Source of the DNA: Halorhodospira halophila SL1
Lineage (GTDB): Bacteria; Pseudomonadota; Gammaproteobacteria; Nitrococcales; Halorhodospiraceae
Direction of reading: 5' to 3'
Length of the DNA: 32,000 bases
Assembly: GCF_000015585.1 (NCBI RefSeq)
Contig: NC_008789.1
Coordinates: 2,040,001-2,072,000 of the forward strand
A model generated the notes under the pieces. That model ran no database searches. It was not told the origin of the DNA and worked only from the letters and a program-made list of their open reading frames with translations. This document shows, piece after piece, positions 9,334 through 23,440 of the stretch (positions are counted from its first letter, which is position 1; every line of letters begins with the position of its first letter). Both the position numbers and the translations under genes were made by a program.

Positions 9334-10854
9334 TCAGCGCGGGACGACATCGTCGGTCGCCGACTGGATGCCGCGACGCTCGAGCAACGTGCCATCCAGT
9401 CGGTAGAGCTCGACCAACGCCGTGCGGTACTCCGCCTGCGCCGCTGCCTCGTTGATGCGGCTCTCGAGCAGATCACGCTGGGCCTGGACCACGGCGAAGG
9501 CCGTGGCATCCCCGGCCCGGAAGCGCTCGTCCGCCGCGCGCACCTGCTCCTCCCGGGCGCGGCGGGTGGCACCGCTGGCCTCGATCTGTGCAGCCGCCCG
9601 CTGCAACTCCAGGTGCGCTGTGCGGACATCGTGCCTGACCAGCCGGGCCATGTTGCTCAGACTCAGATTGGCCTGGTTGCGAAGCGTCAGCGCCTGGCGG
9701 TGCTCGGCCTCGGGGGCCCGGTTGGTGAGTGAGCGGCCCAGGGAGATGCCCACCTGGGCGTCGTAACTGGAGCCGTCCAGATCTCGGGGCGCCCCGCTGA
9801 AGGAGTCGGCGTAACCACTGCTACCCAGCTGGATAAACAACTCCAGCTCGGGCAACAAGCCATTCCGCGTCTGGGTAACCTGCAGGTTCTCGCTGCGCAG
9901 GTCCAGCCGGGCCTGATTGAGTTCCGGGCGCCGCTCCAGGGCCAGGGCCAGATGCTCGGCCACCGGATCCGGCTCGACCACCAAGCGCTCCGGGTCGGTG
10001 AGCGGCTCGATCTCGCGATCCTCCCGGAGCTGATCCTCGCTGCCGATCAGCCGCAGCAACTCCAGCCGCGCCGCCTCGCGCCGGCTGCGGGCATCGATCA
10101 GCTCCTGACGGCGTAGCGCGGCCTCGGACTCCAGCGGCGCCAACTCGGTCTCGGCCAGATCCCCCAAACGGACCCGCTCCTCGGCCCGCTGCACCTCTTC
10201 CTCGGCCAGATTCAGGGACTCCTCGAAGATGGCGATCTCGCGATCGGCAAGGGCGAAATCCCAGTACGCCGCCTCGACGTCCGCCACCAGCTGCTGGGCA
10301 AAGCCCTGCAGCTCGTGCTCGGAGCGCAGGGTCTCCAGCTCCGCCTGGCGCAGGCTGACCAGGTTGACCTCGCGCCCCCGGCCCTGGAGAAGCTGCTGGC
10401 TGAGCCGCAGCTGCAGACCACTGGTGTGCAGCTCCTGACCACTGGCGCGATCCTCGTCAAAATCCTGGACCGCAGACAGGCGCCAGTCAGCGCCGATGGG
10501 CAGCCGCTGACCAATACCGACCGATAAGCCCACATCGGTACGGTCGGTATCCCGCGCCTGCCCCGTCTCAAGGCCGATCTGCTCCAGTTGCCGGCGGCGG
10601 TAGTCGCCCTCGACAAAGACCTCCGGATCGAACGCCCCCAGCTCGATCTGCTCGAAGGTACCGGCGACCACCGGCCCCAGGCGCTCGGCCTGGAGGGCCG
10701 GATTGTGCTCGACGGCGCTGTAGACCGCTTCCTCGAGACTCAGCCCCCAGGTGTCATCGGCCTCGGCCACCGCGCGGCCGGCCAGCACCACTAGAACACC
10801 GCCAACGAGCAGGCTCCCCAGGGGCCCGCGCCAATCGGGCTTACACCGTCGCAT
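9334..10854 (-). CDS. TolC-family outer membrane efflux protein
   Basis: 506 aa with an N-terminal signal-like segment and two long alpha-helical/coiled repeats (LQAERL..., [11 protein letters not shown]..., [20 protein letters not shown]) typical of the OMF family. It overlaps the RND stop by 14 nt. Confidence 0.9.
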   Translation of the reverse strand: MRRCKPDWRGPLGSLLVGGVLVVLAGRAVAEADDTWGLSLEEAVYSAVEHNPALQAERLGPVVAGTFEQIELGAFDPEVFVEGDYRRRQLEQIGLETGQARDTDRTDVGLSVGIGQRLPIGADWRLSAVQDFDEDRASGQELHTSGLQLRLSQQLLQGRGREVNLVSLRQAELETLRSEHELQGFAQQLVADVEAAYWDFALADREIAIFEESLNLAEEEVQRAEERVRLGDLAETELAPLESEAALRRQELIDARSRREAARLELLRLIGSEDQLREDREIEPLTDPERLVVEPDPVAEHLALALERRPELNQARLDLRSENLQVTQTRNGLLPELELFIQLGSSGYADSFSGAPRDLDGSSYDAQVGISLGRSLTNRAPEAEHRQALTLRNQANLSLSNMARLVRHDVRTAHLELQRAAAQIEASGATRRAREEQVRAADERFRAGDATAFAVVQAQRDLLESRINEAAAQAEYRTALVELYRLDGTLLERRGIQSATDDVVPR

Positions 10855-13800
10855 GCCGTCTGCCCTTCGCTGTGTGGAACAGGGTAAAGACCACCGGGAT
10901 GACCACCAGCGTGATCAGCGTCCCGGTGATCAGCCCGCCGAGCACGGCCCGGGCCATGGGCGCCTGGGCCTCGGCGCCCTCGCCGATGCCCAGGGCCAGG
11001 GGCAACAGGGCCAGGCCGGTGGTCAGCGAGGTCATCAGCACCGGGCGCAGGCGCCGTCGTCCGGCGATCAGCACGGCCTGGCGCGGCGGGGCCCCGCGCA
11101 CCAGGCTGCGGTTGGCCCGATCCACCAGCAGGATGCCGTTGTTCACCACGATCCCCGCCAGCAGGATGATACCGATGAACGACTGCGCGCTAATGGTGGT
11201 GCCGGTGGCCCAGAGCATGCCCACTACGCCGACGCCGGCCAGCGGCACCGTGAACATCACCACCAGGGGATTGCGCAGCGACTCGTAGAGTGAGGCCATG
11301 ACCATGTAGACCAGAGCCACCGCCAGCAGCAGGGTGACGGTCAGCTGCCGGAGCGCCTCGGCCTGCTCCTCGTAGTCGCCCCCGATGCGCCAACCGTAGC
11401 CCCGCGGCACCGGCACCCGGGCCAGCTCGGCCCGGGCGTCGGCCACCACCGACCCGAGATCGCGACCGCTGATGTTGGCCTGCAGCGTGGTCACCCGCTG
11501 GCGATCCCGCCGCTCGATGGTCAGCGGCGACTCGCCCTCGGCCACATTGACCAGGCTGCGCAGGGCCACTGGCTCACCGCTGCGATTCGGCACGGTGAGA
11601 TCGAGCAGCTCCTCGCGCTCGATCTGTCGGGCGTCGGCCAGGCGCACCTGGATGGCCACCTCCTCGCCGGTGTCCCGGTAGAGTCCGGCACGCGTCCCGG
11701 CCACCGCGGCCTCGATGGTATTGGCGATACGGCTCACCGATACGTCCATATCCGCGGCCCGGGCCCGGTCGATGTGCAGCTGCTCCTCCGGCGCCGAGCG
11801 GTCCTGGCCCACCCGCACGTCGGTCACGCCCTCCACCCGGCTGACCCGCTCCTCCATGGCGCCAGCCAGGCGATCTAGCGTCTCGCGCTGGAAACCGAAC
11901 ACCTCGATGGTCAGCTCCTCGCCCTCGGCGCCGAAACCGCCGCGGGTCGGCCGCGTCTGCCGGGCCCGCACGCGCACCTCGGCGCCGGGCGTGGCCTCAA
12001 AAGCCTCGCGCAGGTCGTCGGCCACCGCCTCGGTGCTGCGCTCGCGCTCGGTGACGGAGACCAACGAGAAGTCCAGCCGACTGGTATCCCCGCCCCCGGC
12101 ACGAAACCCACCCGTCCCGGAGCTGGAGACCCAGTGCTCCGCCTCGGGGACCATGGCTGCCGCCCGCTGTTCGATCGCTCGCATGCGCTCGTCCATGAAC
12201 GCCAGCGACGCCCCGGGCTCCCACTCGAAGGTCATGCGGATATCGCCCTCATCGGTGCCGGGCATCAGCTCCGTACCCAGCCGCGGCACGATGGCCACAG
12301 CCAGGACCACCAGCGCGGTAGCCAGCGCCATCACCGCCCCGCGGCGGGTGAGCACACCGCCGAGCAGCAACCGGTAACCGCGCTCCAGGGCCCGGTACCA
12401 GGCCACCCGGGCCACGCCCTCGGGGCGCTGGGGCAGCCGCGCGGCGAGCATCGGCACCACGGTAAAGGCGACAATCAACGAGCCGAACAGGGCGAAGCCG
12501 ACCACCCAGGCGAGCTGCGTGAACAGCGCCCCGGCGATCCCCTCCAGGAAGATCAGCGGCACGAAGATCGCCAGTGTCGTCAGGGTGCTGGCGGTCACCG
12601 CCGGGGCCACCTCCAGGGTGCCGTTGACCGCCGCCTCGAAGGCGGCCACCCCGCGTTCCCGGCGGGCCATGATCGACTCCAGCACCACGATGGCGTTGTC
12701 GACCATCAGCCCGACACCGAGGGCGATGCCGCCCAGGGTCATGAGGTTCAGGGTAAAACCGGCGAAGTAGACCAGGGCGAAGGTGGTCACCAGCGAGACC
12801 GGGATGGCCACCGCGGCCACCATGGCCGCACGCAGGTCGCGCAGGAAGATCAGCAACACCACCAGCGCCAGCACCCCACCGAGCAGGATCGCCCGCCCCA
12901 GGTTCTGCATCGAACGCTCGATGTAGACGGCGGTATCCCGCACCGGCGTCAGACTGACCTGGGGCAGCTCACTGCGCAGCTGCTCCAGCTCGCCGCGCAC
13001 CCGTTCCGCCGTGGCTACGGTGTTGGCGTCGGAGCGGCCCCGGACGGCCAGACGGATTCCGGGCTCCCCATCGATGCGGATGCGCCGGGTCTCCTGCTCA
13101 TGGGTATCCCGCACCTGCGCCAGCTGCCCGAGACGGACCAGCGACCCGTCATCCCCGCGGGCCACCGGCAGCTCCTGTAGGGCGTCCAGATCGGTCACCC
13201 GCCCCGGTACGCGCAGCCCCAGCTCTAGGCGTCCCTCCGCCCGGCGCCCAGCAGCCACTTCGAAGTCGGCATCGGCGATGGCCTCGCGAACGTCTTCCAG
13301 CGAGAGCTGTGCGGCGCGCAGACGCCCCGGGTCCACGGCGATCTCGATCTCCCGCTCGAGCCCACCCCAGATATCCAGCGCCCCGACCCCGGGGACGCGC
13401 TCCAGGCGGTCGCGGATGCGGTCCTCGGCCAGGGAGCGCAGTTCAATCGGGTCGAGTTCGGCGGAGAGCCCGATGACCAACACCGGCCGATCGGAGAGAT
13501 CCAGGAAGCGCAGCCGGGGTCGATCGGCCTCGTCGGGCAGGTCGCGGATGATCCGGTCGAGGCGCTCGCGGATGTCGTTGGCGGCTGCCTCCAGCTCCGT
13601 ACCCCAGGCGAAAGAGAGGCTCACGTCGCCCTGATCCTCGGCGGAGACCGACTCGATGCGCTCCACGCCGGCCACCGGCGCCACGGCGTTCTCGATGGGC
13701 TCGACGATCTGCGACTCCACCTCCTCGGGACCGGCACCGGGGTAATTGGTGCTGATCCGCAGGGTGGGGTAGTCGATCTCCGGCAACAGGTCTACCGGCA

Positions 13801-13894
13801 GACGATCGAGGGCATTGAGCCCCAGGGTCACGGCGATCAGCGTCACCATGACGGTGAACACCGGCCGTCGGGCACAGAAGGCGGCGATCCTCAC
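10841..13894 (-). CDS. RND efflux transporter permease (AcrB/HAE-type)
   Basis: 1,017 aa. The N-terminus [52 protein letters not shown] and the 12-TM layout are canonical RND. The GTG start overlaps the MFP stop (GTGA). Confidence 0.95.
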   Translation of the reverse strand: MRIAAFCARRPVFTVMVTLIAVTLGLNALDRLPVDLLPEIDYPTLRISTNYPGAGPEEVESQIVEPIENAVAPVAGVERIESVSAEDQGDVSLSFAWGTELEAAANDIRERLDRIIRDLPDEADRPRLRFLDLSDRPVLVIGLSAELDPIELRSLAEDRIRDRLERVPGVGALDIWGGLEREIEIAVDPGRLRAAQLSLEDVREAIADADFEVAAGRRAEGRLELGLRVPGRVTDLDALQELPVARGDDGSLVRLGQLAQVRDTHEQETRRIRIDGEPGIRLAVRGRSDANTVATAERVRGELEQLRSELPQVSLTPVRDTAVYIERSMQNLGRAILLGGVLALVVLLIFLRDLRAAMVAAVAIPVSLVTTFALVYFAGFTLNLMTLGGIALGVGLMVDNAIVVLESIMARRERGVAAFEAAVNGTLEVAPAVTASTLTTLAIFVPLIFLEGIAGALFTQLAWVVGFALFGSLIVAFTVVPMLAARLPQRPEGVARVAWYRALERGYRLLLGGVLTRRGAVMALATALVVLAVAIVPRLGTELMPGTDEGDIRMTFEWEPGASLAFMDERMRAIEQRAAAMVPEAEHWVSSSGTGGFRAGGGDTSRLDFSLVSVTERERSTEAVADDLREAFEATPGAEVRVRARQTRPTRGGFGAEGEELTIEVFGFQRETLDRLAGAMEERVSRVEGVTDVRVGQDRSAPEEQLHIDRARAADMDVSVSRIANTIEAAVAGTRAGLYRDTGEEVAIQVRLADARQIEREELLDLTVPNRSGEPVALRSLVNVAEGESPLTIERRDRQRVTTLQANISGRDLGSVVADARAELARVPVPRGYGWRIGGDYEEQAEALRQLTVTLLLAVALVYMVMASLYESLRNPLVVMFTVPLAGVGVVGMLWATGTTISAQSFIGIILLAGIVVNNGILLVDRANRSLVRGAPPRQAVLIAGRRRLRPVLMTSLTTGLALLPLALGIGEGAEAQAPMARAVLGGLITGTLITLVVIPVVFTLFHTAKGRRHATV

Positions 13895-15108
13895 GGTGCG
13901 GCCACCTCGGCGGCCTGCTCTCCCACCACCTCGACCCGGCTGCCATCGGCGAGCAGATGCTGGCCCAGGGTCACCACGTGGCCCGTGAGGGCCTCGCCGT
14001 CCTCCTCGTCACGCGGGCGCACCTCGATCCGCCCTTCGGCACGCAGCCCGGTCTCCACCGGCATCAGGCGCACCCGCGGGGCGTCTTCTCCCTCTTCAAG
14101 CAGGAAGACCGAGGGTTGTCCGCCACGCTGCACCACCGCCTCGCGGGGAACGGTGCGAACATCCTCGGCCCGGCCAACCTCCACGGCCAGACGGGCGAAC
14201 ATCCCCGGACGCAGTTGGCCCTCCGGGTTGGGCACGGTGAACTCGACCCGGGCCTGGCGCAGGGTGGCGCTGAAAAGCGGGGCCAGCCGGGCCACCTCGG
14301 CCTCGAACTCGGTGTCCGGGTACCCCTCGACGCGCAAGCGTGCCGACTGCCCGGGCATCAGACGGGCGTACTCTCGCTCGGTAACGAACGCCTCGGCTCG
14401 CAGTTCGGAAATGTCGAGCAAGGTCAGCATCGCCTCACCAGCGCTGACCGTAGCGCCGGGGTCCTTGAACCGCTCGCCGACCACCCGCTCGCCCTCGTCC
14501 CAGTCGGCGCGGATCTCGGTGAAGGAGCGGCGGATCTGCGCGGCGCTCAGCGTCGCCTGCTGCTGCGCAATCTGCGCCCGGGCCAGCTGCACCCGGCTGC
14601 GCTCGGCGGCCACTTGCGCCTCGGCGGCCTCCAGTTCCGCCGCCGAGGCGATCTGGCGCTCGCGAAGCTCGCGGGTGCGATTCAGATCCCGCTCAGCAGA
14701 CTCCAGGGCGGCCTGGCTCTCGGCAAGCTGCGCCCGGGCCACCTCGAGCCCCGCCTCGGCCTCGGCCACCTCCTGCGCCACCTCTTGGTCGTCGAGCCGG
14801 GCGATCAGATCCCCGGGCTCGAGGGTGTCACCGATGCGCACCTCCAGGCTGCGCAGCTCGCCGGTGACCTTGGGGGCCAGCTCGTAGCGCACCGCAGCCT
14901 CGAGATTGCCGTCGAACCGACGAACATCCGCCAGATCGCGGCGCTCGACGGCGTCGACCTCGACGGCCACGGCGGCGGTCTCCCGCCCCTCGCCGGTGGG
15001 GCCGGTGCCGAGATCGGCACGAAACAGGGCCACCGCCCCGAGGAGGATCAGGGCACTGGCAACCCACAGGAGGACGGTCTGGAGGCGGGTACGCGGTCTG
15101 GAGGGCAT
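13891..15108 (-). CDS. RND efflux periplasmic adaptor (membrane fusion protein)
   Basis: N-terminal anchor helix, long coiled-coil hairpin (AEAEAGLEVARAQLAESQAALESAERDL...) and beta-barrel/MP domains. It is the first gene of the MFP-RND-OMF operon. Confidence 0.9.
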   Translation of the reverse strand: MPSRPRTRLQTVLLWVASALILLGAVALFRADLGTGPTGEGRETAAVAVEVDAVERRDLADVRRFDGNLEAAVRYELAPKVTGELRSLEVRIGDTLEPGDLIARLDDQEVAQEVAEAEAGLEVARAQLAESQAALESAERDLNRTRELRERQIASAAELEAAEAQVAAERSRVQLARAQIAQQQATLSAAQIRRSFTEIRADWDEGERVVGERFKDPGATVSAGEAMLTLLDISELRAEAFVTEREYARLMPGQSARLRVEGYPDTEFEAEVARLAPLFSATLRQARVEFTVPNPEGQLRPGMFARLAVEVGRAEDVRTVPREAVVQRGGQPSVFLLEEGEDAPRVRLMPVETGLRAEGRIEVRPRDEEDGEALTGHVVTLGQHLLADGSRVEVVGEQAAEVAAP

Positions 15109-15147
15109 GGAATATCGGTCGACTTACCTGGTCTGGAGCTGCGGCAA

Positions 15148-15156
15148 AGTATACCA
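15148..15156 (-). promoter_or_regulatory. Candidate extended -10 element (TGGTATACT) for the RND efflux operon
   Basis: The minus strand reads tTGgTATACT about 40 nt upstream of the MFP ATG (15108). It is the only AT-rich patch of the 100-bp ligA/MFP spacer. No good -35 was found. Confidence 0.3.
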
Positions 15157-15208
15157 ACCCCCTCCGCCACTCCGGGTGGATACGGGCCGAGACCGGCTGC
15201 GGTCACGG

Positions 15209-18600
<3,392 letters not shown>

Positions 18601-18613
18601 GGGTCTTTCTCCG

Positions 18614-21600
18614 TTATCCGGGCTCGGCGATATCGAGCGCCTCGTCCACATCCACCGCCACCAGTCGCGAGACGCCGGGCTCATTCATGGTGACACCGAG
18701 CAGATGGGAGGCGCGCTCCATGGTGGTCCGGTTGTGGGTGATCAGCACGAACTGGACCTTCTCCGACATCTCCTCGACCAGGTCGCAGAAGCGGCCGACG
18801 TTGGCCTCGTCGAGCGGGGCGTCCACCTCATCGAGGAGGCAGAACGGCGCCGGGTTGAGGTTGAAGATGGCAAAGACCAGCGCGACCGCGGTCAGCGCCT
18901 TCTCGCCGCCGGAGAGCAGATGGATGCTCGATACCCGTTTACCCGGCGGCTGCGCCATGACCACCACCCCGGTAGACAGCAGGTCGTCGTCGGTCAGTTC
19001 CAGGTAGGCGCGCCCGCCCCCGAACAGCCGCGGAAAGAAGCGGCCCAGGCCCTCGTTCACCTGATCGAAGGTCTCACGAAACCGCGCGCGGGTCTCCCGG
19101 TCGATGCGGCGAATCGCCGTCTCCAGGGTCTCCAGGGCCTCGTTGAGGTCGGCGTGCTGCTCATCCAGATAGCCGCGGCGCTCCTCCAGCTGCTGGCACT
19201 CGTCGATGGCCGCCAGGTTCACCGACCCCAACCGGCGGATGCGCTCGGTGGTCTGCTCCAGCGCCTTCTCCCAGGCATCCACGGTGGCGTCCTCGGCCAA
19301 CCGCTCGGCCACGTCGGCCTCCGACTCGCCGAGCTCGGCCAGGGCGTCGGCTTCGTGGCTGCGGTGGACCCGTAGCTCACCGGTCTCCAGGCGCAGCGCC
19401 TCCAGTCCCTCGCGCAGCCGCTCGGCGCGCTGCTCGGCCTCGGTGCGCGCCTGCTCCTGCTCGCGCAGCTGGTGATCCAAGTGCTCGGCCTGGCTGCGCG
19501 CCTCGGCCAGCTGCGTCTCCGCCTCGGAACGGCGGGCCAGCAGGGTTTCGCGCTTCTCGGTCAGCTCGGCCACCGGGTCTTCGTCCCCGGCCAGGGCGCT
19601 CGCCAACTCCTCCCGACGACGGGCGTAGCGCTCGCGCTGCTCCTCGGCTCGGCGCAACTGCTCGCGCACGGATTCCAGGGCCGTGCGGGCGCTCTCGAGC
19701 TTGCCGGAGAGGTCGTAGCGGCGCTCACGCGCCTCGCGCAGACGCTCGCCGGCCCGCTCCAGCTGCTCACGCTGATCCTGCTGCTGCGCCTCCACCTCGG
19801 CGGCCCGCTCGGCGGCGGTGGCGGCGCCGGCGGCCGCCTCCTCGGCAGCGGCGGCGGCCTCTTCCTGCTCCTCGCGGGCGGCATCACGCTGCTCGACCAA
19901 CCGGCTGCGTTCGCTGGCCAGCTCCTCGCGCCGCGCCCGGGCCCGGTCCAGCGCCTCCCGACGGTGCTCCAGACGCGCCTGCAGATCGGCGTGGCGGCGG
20001 TGCAACGGCCCCAGTTCGGCGGCCAACTCGTCGCGGCGGCGCTCGGCCTCGGCAGCGCCACCCCGCGCGTCGGCCAGCCGTCCCTCGGCCTCCTGGACCC
20101 GCGCCTCGGCGGCCTCCACCTCTTCGCGCAGGGTCTGGATCTCCTGCTCGCGCTCGAGCACGCCGCTCTCGGCATCCTCCTGCCCCGGCAGGCGCACCCA
20201 GTTGGCGCCCATCCAGACCCCGTCCGGGGTGACCACGGTCTCGCCGGCGGCCAGACCGGGGCGCAGCGCCTCCGCGGCAGCAGCATCCGCGGCGCAGCGG
20301 ATCCCGGCCAGCAGCTCACGGGCCGCCTCACTGCCGTGCACACGCGCCGCCAGGCGGTCCTCCTCCGGTGCGGGCAGCTGCTGGGCATCGCCGACCAGGG
20401 TCAGCGGTCCGCCGTCCGGCGCCCCTTCGCTGGGCAGCGAGTGCGGCTCAATGCAGACACCCTGCAGGGCGTCGCCGAGGATCGCCTCCACCGCGCGCTG
20501 CCAACCCTCATCCACGCGCACGGTCTCGGCCAGGCGCGGTGCGCCGGCCCAACCCCGTCGTTCGAGCCAGGCGTGACGCTCATCCCCGCGTCGCCCCAGG
20601 GCCGACTCCTGAAGGGTTTCCAGGGACGTGAGCCGGGCGCGGGTCCCGGAGACGGCCTCACGCGCCGCCTCCAGCTCCTGGGCCACCTGGTCCCGCTCGG
20701 CGGCCCGGGTCTCCAGCTCCTCGGCGGCGGCATCGCGGCGCTGCTGCAGATCCTCGAGCTCGGCGGAGAGCTGCTCCTCCTCCGCCTCCAGCTCGCTGAT
20801 GGCGCTCTCCAGGGCATGCAGGTCCACCGACTCGTGCTCATCGTCGAGGGCCTCGATGCGCTCATCGAGCTCACGGACACGCCGGGCGGCTGCATCGTGA
20901 CGGGTCCGCTCCACTTCCTCGCGGCGCTGCGCCGCGGTCTGCTCGCTGCGGACCGAATCGGCCTCGTCGCGCCAGGCGTCGAGGCGCCCGCGGGCGTCCT
21001 CCTGGGCCGATTCAGCCACCTGCTCCTCTTCGCTGGCCGCCTCCAGGGCGGGCTCCAGCTCCTCGACCCGCTCCTCAAGGACGGCCCGTTTCTCCTGGTC
21101 GGCGGTGACGGTGCCATCGAGCTCCTCGAGTGCGCGACTCGCCTCGGCCAGCTCCTCTTCACGCCGCCGGCGCAGGTCGCGGGCGCTCTGAATCCGCTCG
21201 TCCACGGAGGCGATCTCGGCGCCGATCTCGTAGTAGCGACCCTGGATGGTATTCAGGGCCTCGTGGCGCTCGCGGGCGGACTCGCGCAGGGCCTCGATCT
21301 CGCGCTCGGCGCGGCGCTGCTCCGCCACCGCGGCCTCGCGCTGATTTTCCTGATCACGGATACTGGCGTCGCGCTCGCCGATGCGCTGATCCAGATCGCG
21401 CAGGCGCAGCAGTGAGAGTTCGCCGCGCAGTCGCCGCTCCTCGGCCTTGTACGTCCGGTAGCGCTCGGCGGTCTCGGCCTGGCGACGCAGCTTCTCGAGC
21501 TGCTTGTGGACCTCGTCCCGGACATCCTCGAGGCGTTCCAGGTTCTCGCGGGTATCCCGGATGCGCCGCTCGGTCTCCCGCCGCCGCTCCTTGTAGACGG

Positions 21601-22111
21601 AGATCCCCGCCGCCTCCTCGAGGTAGACGCGCAGCTCCTCGGGGCGGGACTCGATCACCCGCGAGATCATGCCCTGCTCGATGATGGTGTAGCCGCGCGG
21701 CCGCAGCCCGGTGCCCATGAAGACATCGGAGATGTCGCGGCGCCGGCAGCGGGTGCCGTTAAGGGAATACTGCGACTGCCCCTCGCGGTTGACCTGTCGC
21801 TTCACCGAGATCTCGTTGTAGGCGGCGTACTGCCCGCCGATGGCGCCATCACTGTTGTCGAAGACGAGCTCGATGCTGGCCTTGCCAACCGGCGAGCGGG
21901 CGCTGGAGCCGCTGAAGATGACGTCGGTCATGGACTCGCCGCGCAGGTGCTTGGCCGAGCTCTCGCCCATGACCCAGCGCACGGCGTCGATGATGTTGGA
22001 CTTGCCGCAGCCGTTGGGCCCCACCACGGCGACCATGCGCCCCGGCAGGGGCACGGAGGTCGGGTCCACGAAGGACTTGAAGCCGGCGAGTTTGATCCGC
22101 TTGAGATGCAT
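18614..22111 (-). CDS. smc: Chromosome partition protein Smc
   Basis: 1,165 aa. N-terminal Walker A (VVGPNGCGKSNIIDA), long coiled coils with a central hinge, C-terminal LSGGEKALTAVAL signature and Walker B (FCLLDEVDAPLD). Confidence 0.97.
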   Translation of the reverse strand: MHLKRIKLAGFKSFVDPTSVPLPGRMVAVVGPNGCGKSNIIDAVRWVMGESSAKHLRGESMTDVIFSGSSARSPVGKASIELVFDNSDGAIGGQYAAYNEISVKRQVNREGQSQYSLNGTRCRRRDISDVFMGTGLRPRGYTIIEQGMISRVIESRPEELRVYLEEAAGISVYKERRRETERRIRDTRENLERLEDVRDEVHKQLEKLRRQAETAERYRTYKAEERRLRGELSLLRLRDLDQRIGERDASIRDQENQREAAVAEQRRAEREIEALRESARERHEALNTIQGRYYEIGAEIASVDERIQSARDLRRRREEELAEASRALEELDGTVTADQEKRAVLEERVEELEPALEAASEEEQVAESAQEDARGRLDAWRDEADSVRSEQTAAQRREEVERTRHDAAARRVRELDERIEALDDEHESVDLHALESAISELEAEEEQLSAELEDLQQRRDAAAEELETRAAERDQVAQELEAAREAVSGTRARLTSLETLQESALGRRGDERHAWLERRGWAGAPRLAETVRVDEGWQRAVEAILGDALQGVCIEPHSLPSEGAPDGGPLTLVGDAQQLPAPEEDRLAARVHGSEAARELLAGIRCAADAAAAEALRPGLAAGETVVTPDGVWMGANWVRLPGQEDAESGVLEREQEIQTLREEVEAAEARVQEAEGRLADARGGAAEAERRRDELAAELGPLHRRHADLQARLEHRREALDRARARREELASERSRLVEQRDAAREEQEEAAAAAEEAAAGAATAAERAAEVEAQQQDQREQLERAGERLREARERRYDLSGKLESARTALESVREQLRRAEEQRERYARRREELASALAGDEDPVAELTEKRETLLARRSEAETQLAEARSQAEHLDHQLREQEQARTEAEQRAERLREGLEALRLETGELRVHRSHEADALAELGESEADVAERLAEDATVDAWEKALEQTTERIRRLGSVNLAAIDECQQLEERRGYLDEQHADLNEALETLETAIRRIDRETRARFRETFDQVNEGLGRFFPRLFGGGRAYLELTDDDLLSTGVVVMAQPPGKRVSSIHLLSGGEKALTAVALVFAIFNLNPAPFCLLDEVDAPLDEANVGRFCDLVEEMSEKVQFVLITHNRTTMERASHLLGVTMNEPGVSRLVAVDVDEALDIAEPG

Positions 22112-22182
22112 CGTAGAGACGACGGGCGCGTCCGGTTAGGATAACGGGCCATTATCAAGCCTCACCGGACCCTTGGAAAGCC

Positions 22183-22539
22183 ATGTCAACGGAACCGTCG
22201 AAAACGCTGGAGACCTTCGAAAACCCCAACCCGGAACGGGATTACACCATCCGCATGGAGATCCCGGAGTTCACCTGCCTGTGCCCGAAGACCGGCCAGC
22301 CCGACTTCGCCACACTCAACCTGGAGTACATCCCGGAACGGCACTGCGTGGAGCTCAAGTCGCTGAAGCTCTACATCTGGTCCTACCGCGACGTGGGCGG
22401 GTTCCACGAAGCCCTGACCAACCAGATCCTTGGTGACCTGGTCGCCGCCACGCAGCCGCGCTACATGAAGCTGACGGCGCATTTCAATGTCCGCGGCGGG
22501 ATCTGGACCACGGTCGAGGCCGAGCACCACGGCCGCTGA
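22183..22539 (+). CDS. queF: NADPH-dependent 7-cyano-7-deazaguanine (preQ0) reductase, short unimodular type
   Basis: [37 protein letters not shown] contains the catalytic Cys and QueF motif. The length is 118 aa. Confidence 0.95.
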   Translation: MSTEPSKTLETFENPNPERDYTIRMEIPEFTCLCPKTGQPDFATLNLEYIPERHCVELKSLKLYIWSYRDVGGFHEALTNQILGDLVAATQPRYMKLTAHFNVRGGIWTTVEAEHHGR

Positions 22540-22552
22540 ACCCGCCGCCGGC

Positions 22553-23440
22553 ATGACGCCCCCCGGCCCGCCTTTCGCCACCCGCTTCGCCCCGTCGCCG
22601 ACGGGGCCGTTGCACTTCGGCTCCCTGGTGGCGGCACTGGGGGGCTGGATCGAGGCCCGCCACCACGGCGGGGTGTGGCATGTGCGCATCGACGACCTGG
22701 ACCCGCCCCGGGAGGAGCCCGGCGCCGCCGATGCCATCCTGCACACCCTGACGACCTACGCCCTGGAGTGGGACGGGCCGGTGGTCTATCAGAGCCAGCG
22801 GGGCACCGCGTACCAAGCGGCCATCGAGACCCTGCGTGAGCAGGGCCTGGCCTATCCCTGCGGGTGCACGCGCAAGGAGATCCAGGCTGCCGCCAGCGCC
22901 CACGGCCCCATCGGCGTGGTGTATCCCGGCACCTGCCGCGACGGACTGCCCGCCGGGCGCGCGGAGCGAGCGGTTCGGGTGCGGACCATGGGCGCCCACA
23001 TCGCCTTCACCGATCGCGCCGAAGGCCGGGTCACCACCGACCTGGAGGCCGAGGTCGGCGATTTCGTCATCCGCCGGGCCGATGGCCTCTTCGCCTACCA
23101 CCTGGCCTGTGCGGTGGACGACGCAGCCTACGGCTATACGCACATCATCCGCGGCCGCGACCTGCTGGCCTGTACCCCGCCACAGATCCACCTGCAGCGG
23201 CTGCTCGGGCTCCCCGAGCCGGAGTACCACCACCTGCCGCTGGCCCGGAACCAGGCCGGACAGAAGCTCTCCAAGCAGAACCACGCGCCGCCGCTGACGG
23301 ACGATCAGGCGCCTGCGAATCTGGTCGATGCCCTGGCCCTGCTCGGCTACACGCCTCCGCCCGCACTCCGCCGGTCCACACCGGCGGAGGTCCTGGCCTG
23401 GGCCCTAGCGGCCCGCGGCGGATCAGAACCGTCGGCTTAA
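22553..23440 (+). CDS. gluQ: Glutamyl-Q tRNA(Asp) synthetase
   Basis: RFAPSPTGPLHFGSLVAALG, VRIDDLDPPRE, RRADGLFAYHLACAVDD and KLSKQNHAP closely parallel E. coli YadB/GluQRS. The internal ATG at 22553 is chosen because the track's earlier start overlaps queF. Confidence 0.9.
   Translation: MTPPGPPFATRFAPSPTGPLHFGSLVAALGGWIEARHHGGVWHVRIDDLDPPREEPGAADAILHTLTTYALEWDGPVVYQSQRGTAYQAAIETLREQGLAYPCGCTRKEIQAAASAHGPIGVVYPGTCRDGLPAGRAERAVRVRTMGAHIAFTDRAEGRVTTDLEAEVGDFVIRRADGLFAYHLACAVDDAAYGYTHIIRGRDLLACTPPQIHLQRLLGLPEPEYHHLPLARNQAGQKLSKQNHAPPLTDDQAPANLVDALALLGYTPPPALRRSTPAEVLAWALAARGGSEPSA

Noticed and set aside
18601-18684. Upstream extensions of zipA (to 18684), of the DUF2867 gene (9309-9629) and of gluQ (22487-22552)
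   Set aside because: Each extension overlaps the neighbouring gene (smc, the TolC-family gene, queF). An internal ATG with better context gives a protein whose N-terminus matches the family: a TM anchor for ZipA, and the start of the class I synthetase fold for GluQ.
18614-22111. Repetitive-looking E/A/R/L-rich stretches in smc (and the P/A/G/E-rich region of zipA, about 17900-18500) as possible tandem repeats
   Set aside because: These are the expected coiled-coil arms of Smc and the flexible linker of ZipA. I saw no exact nucleotide-level tandem repeat unit.
22112-22182. preQ1 riboswitch upstream of queF
   Set aside because: The 71-nt leader is too short and lacks the conserved preQ1-I/II elements. 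It has no A-rich tail and no pseudoknot-forming CUAG/AAAAAACUA-like segment.
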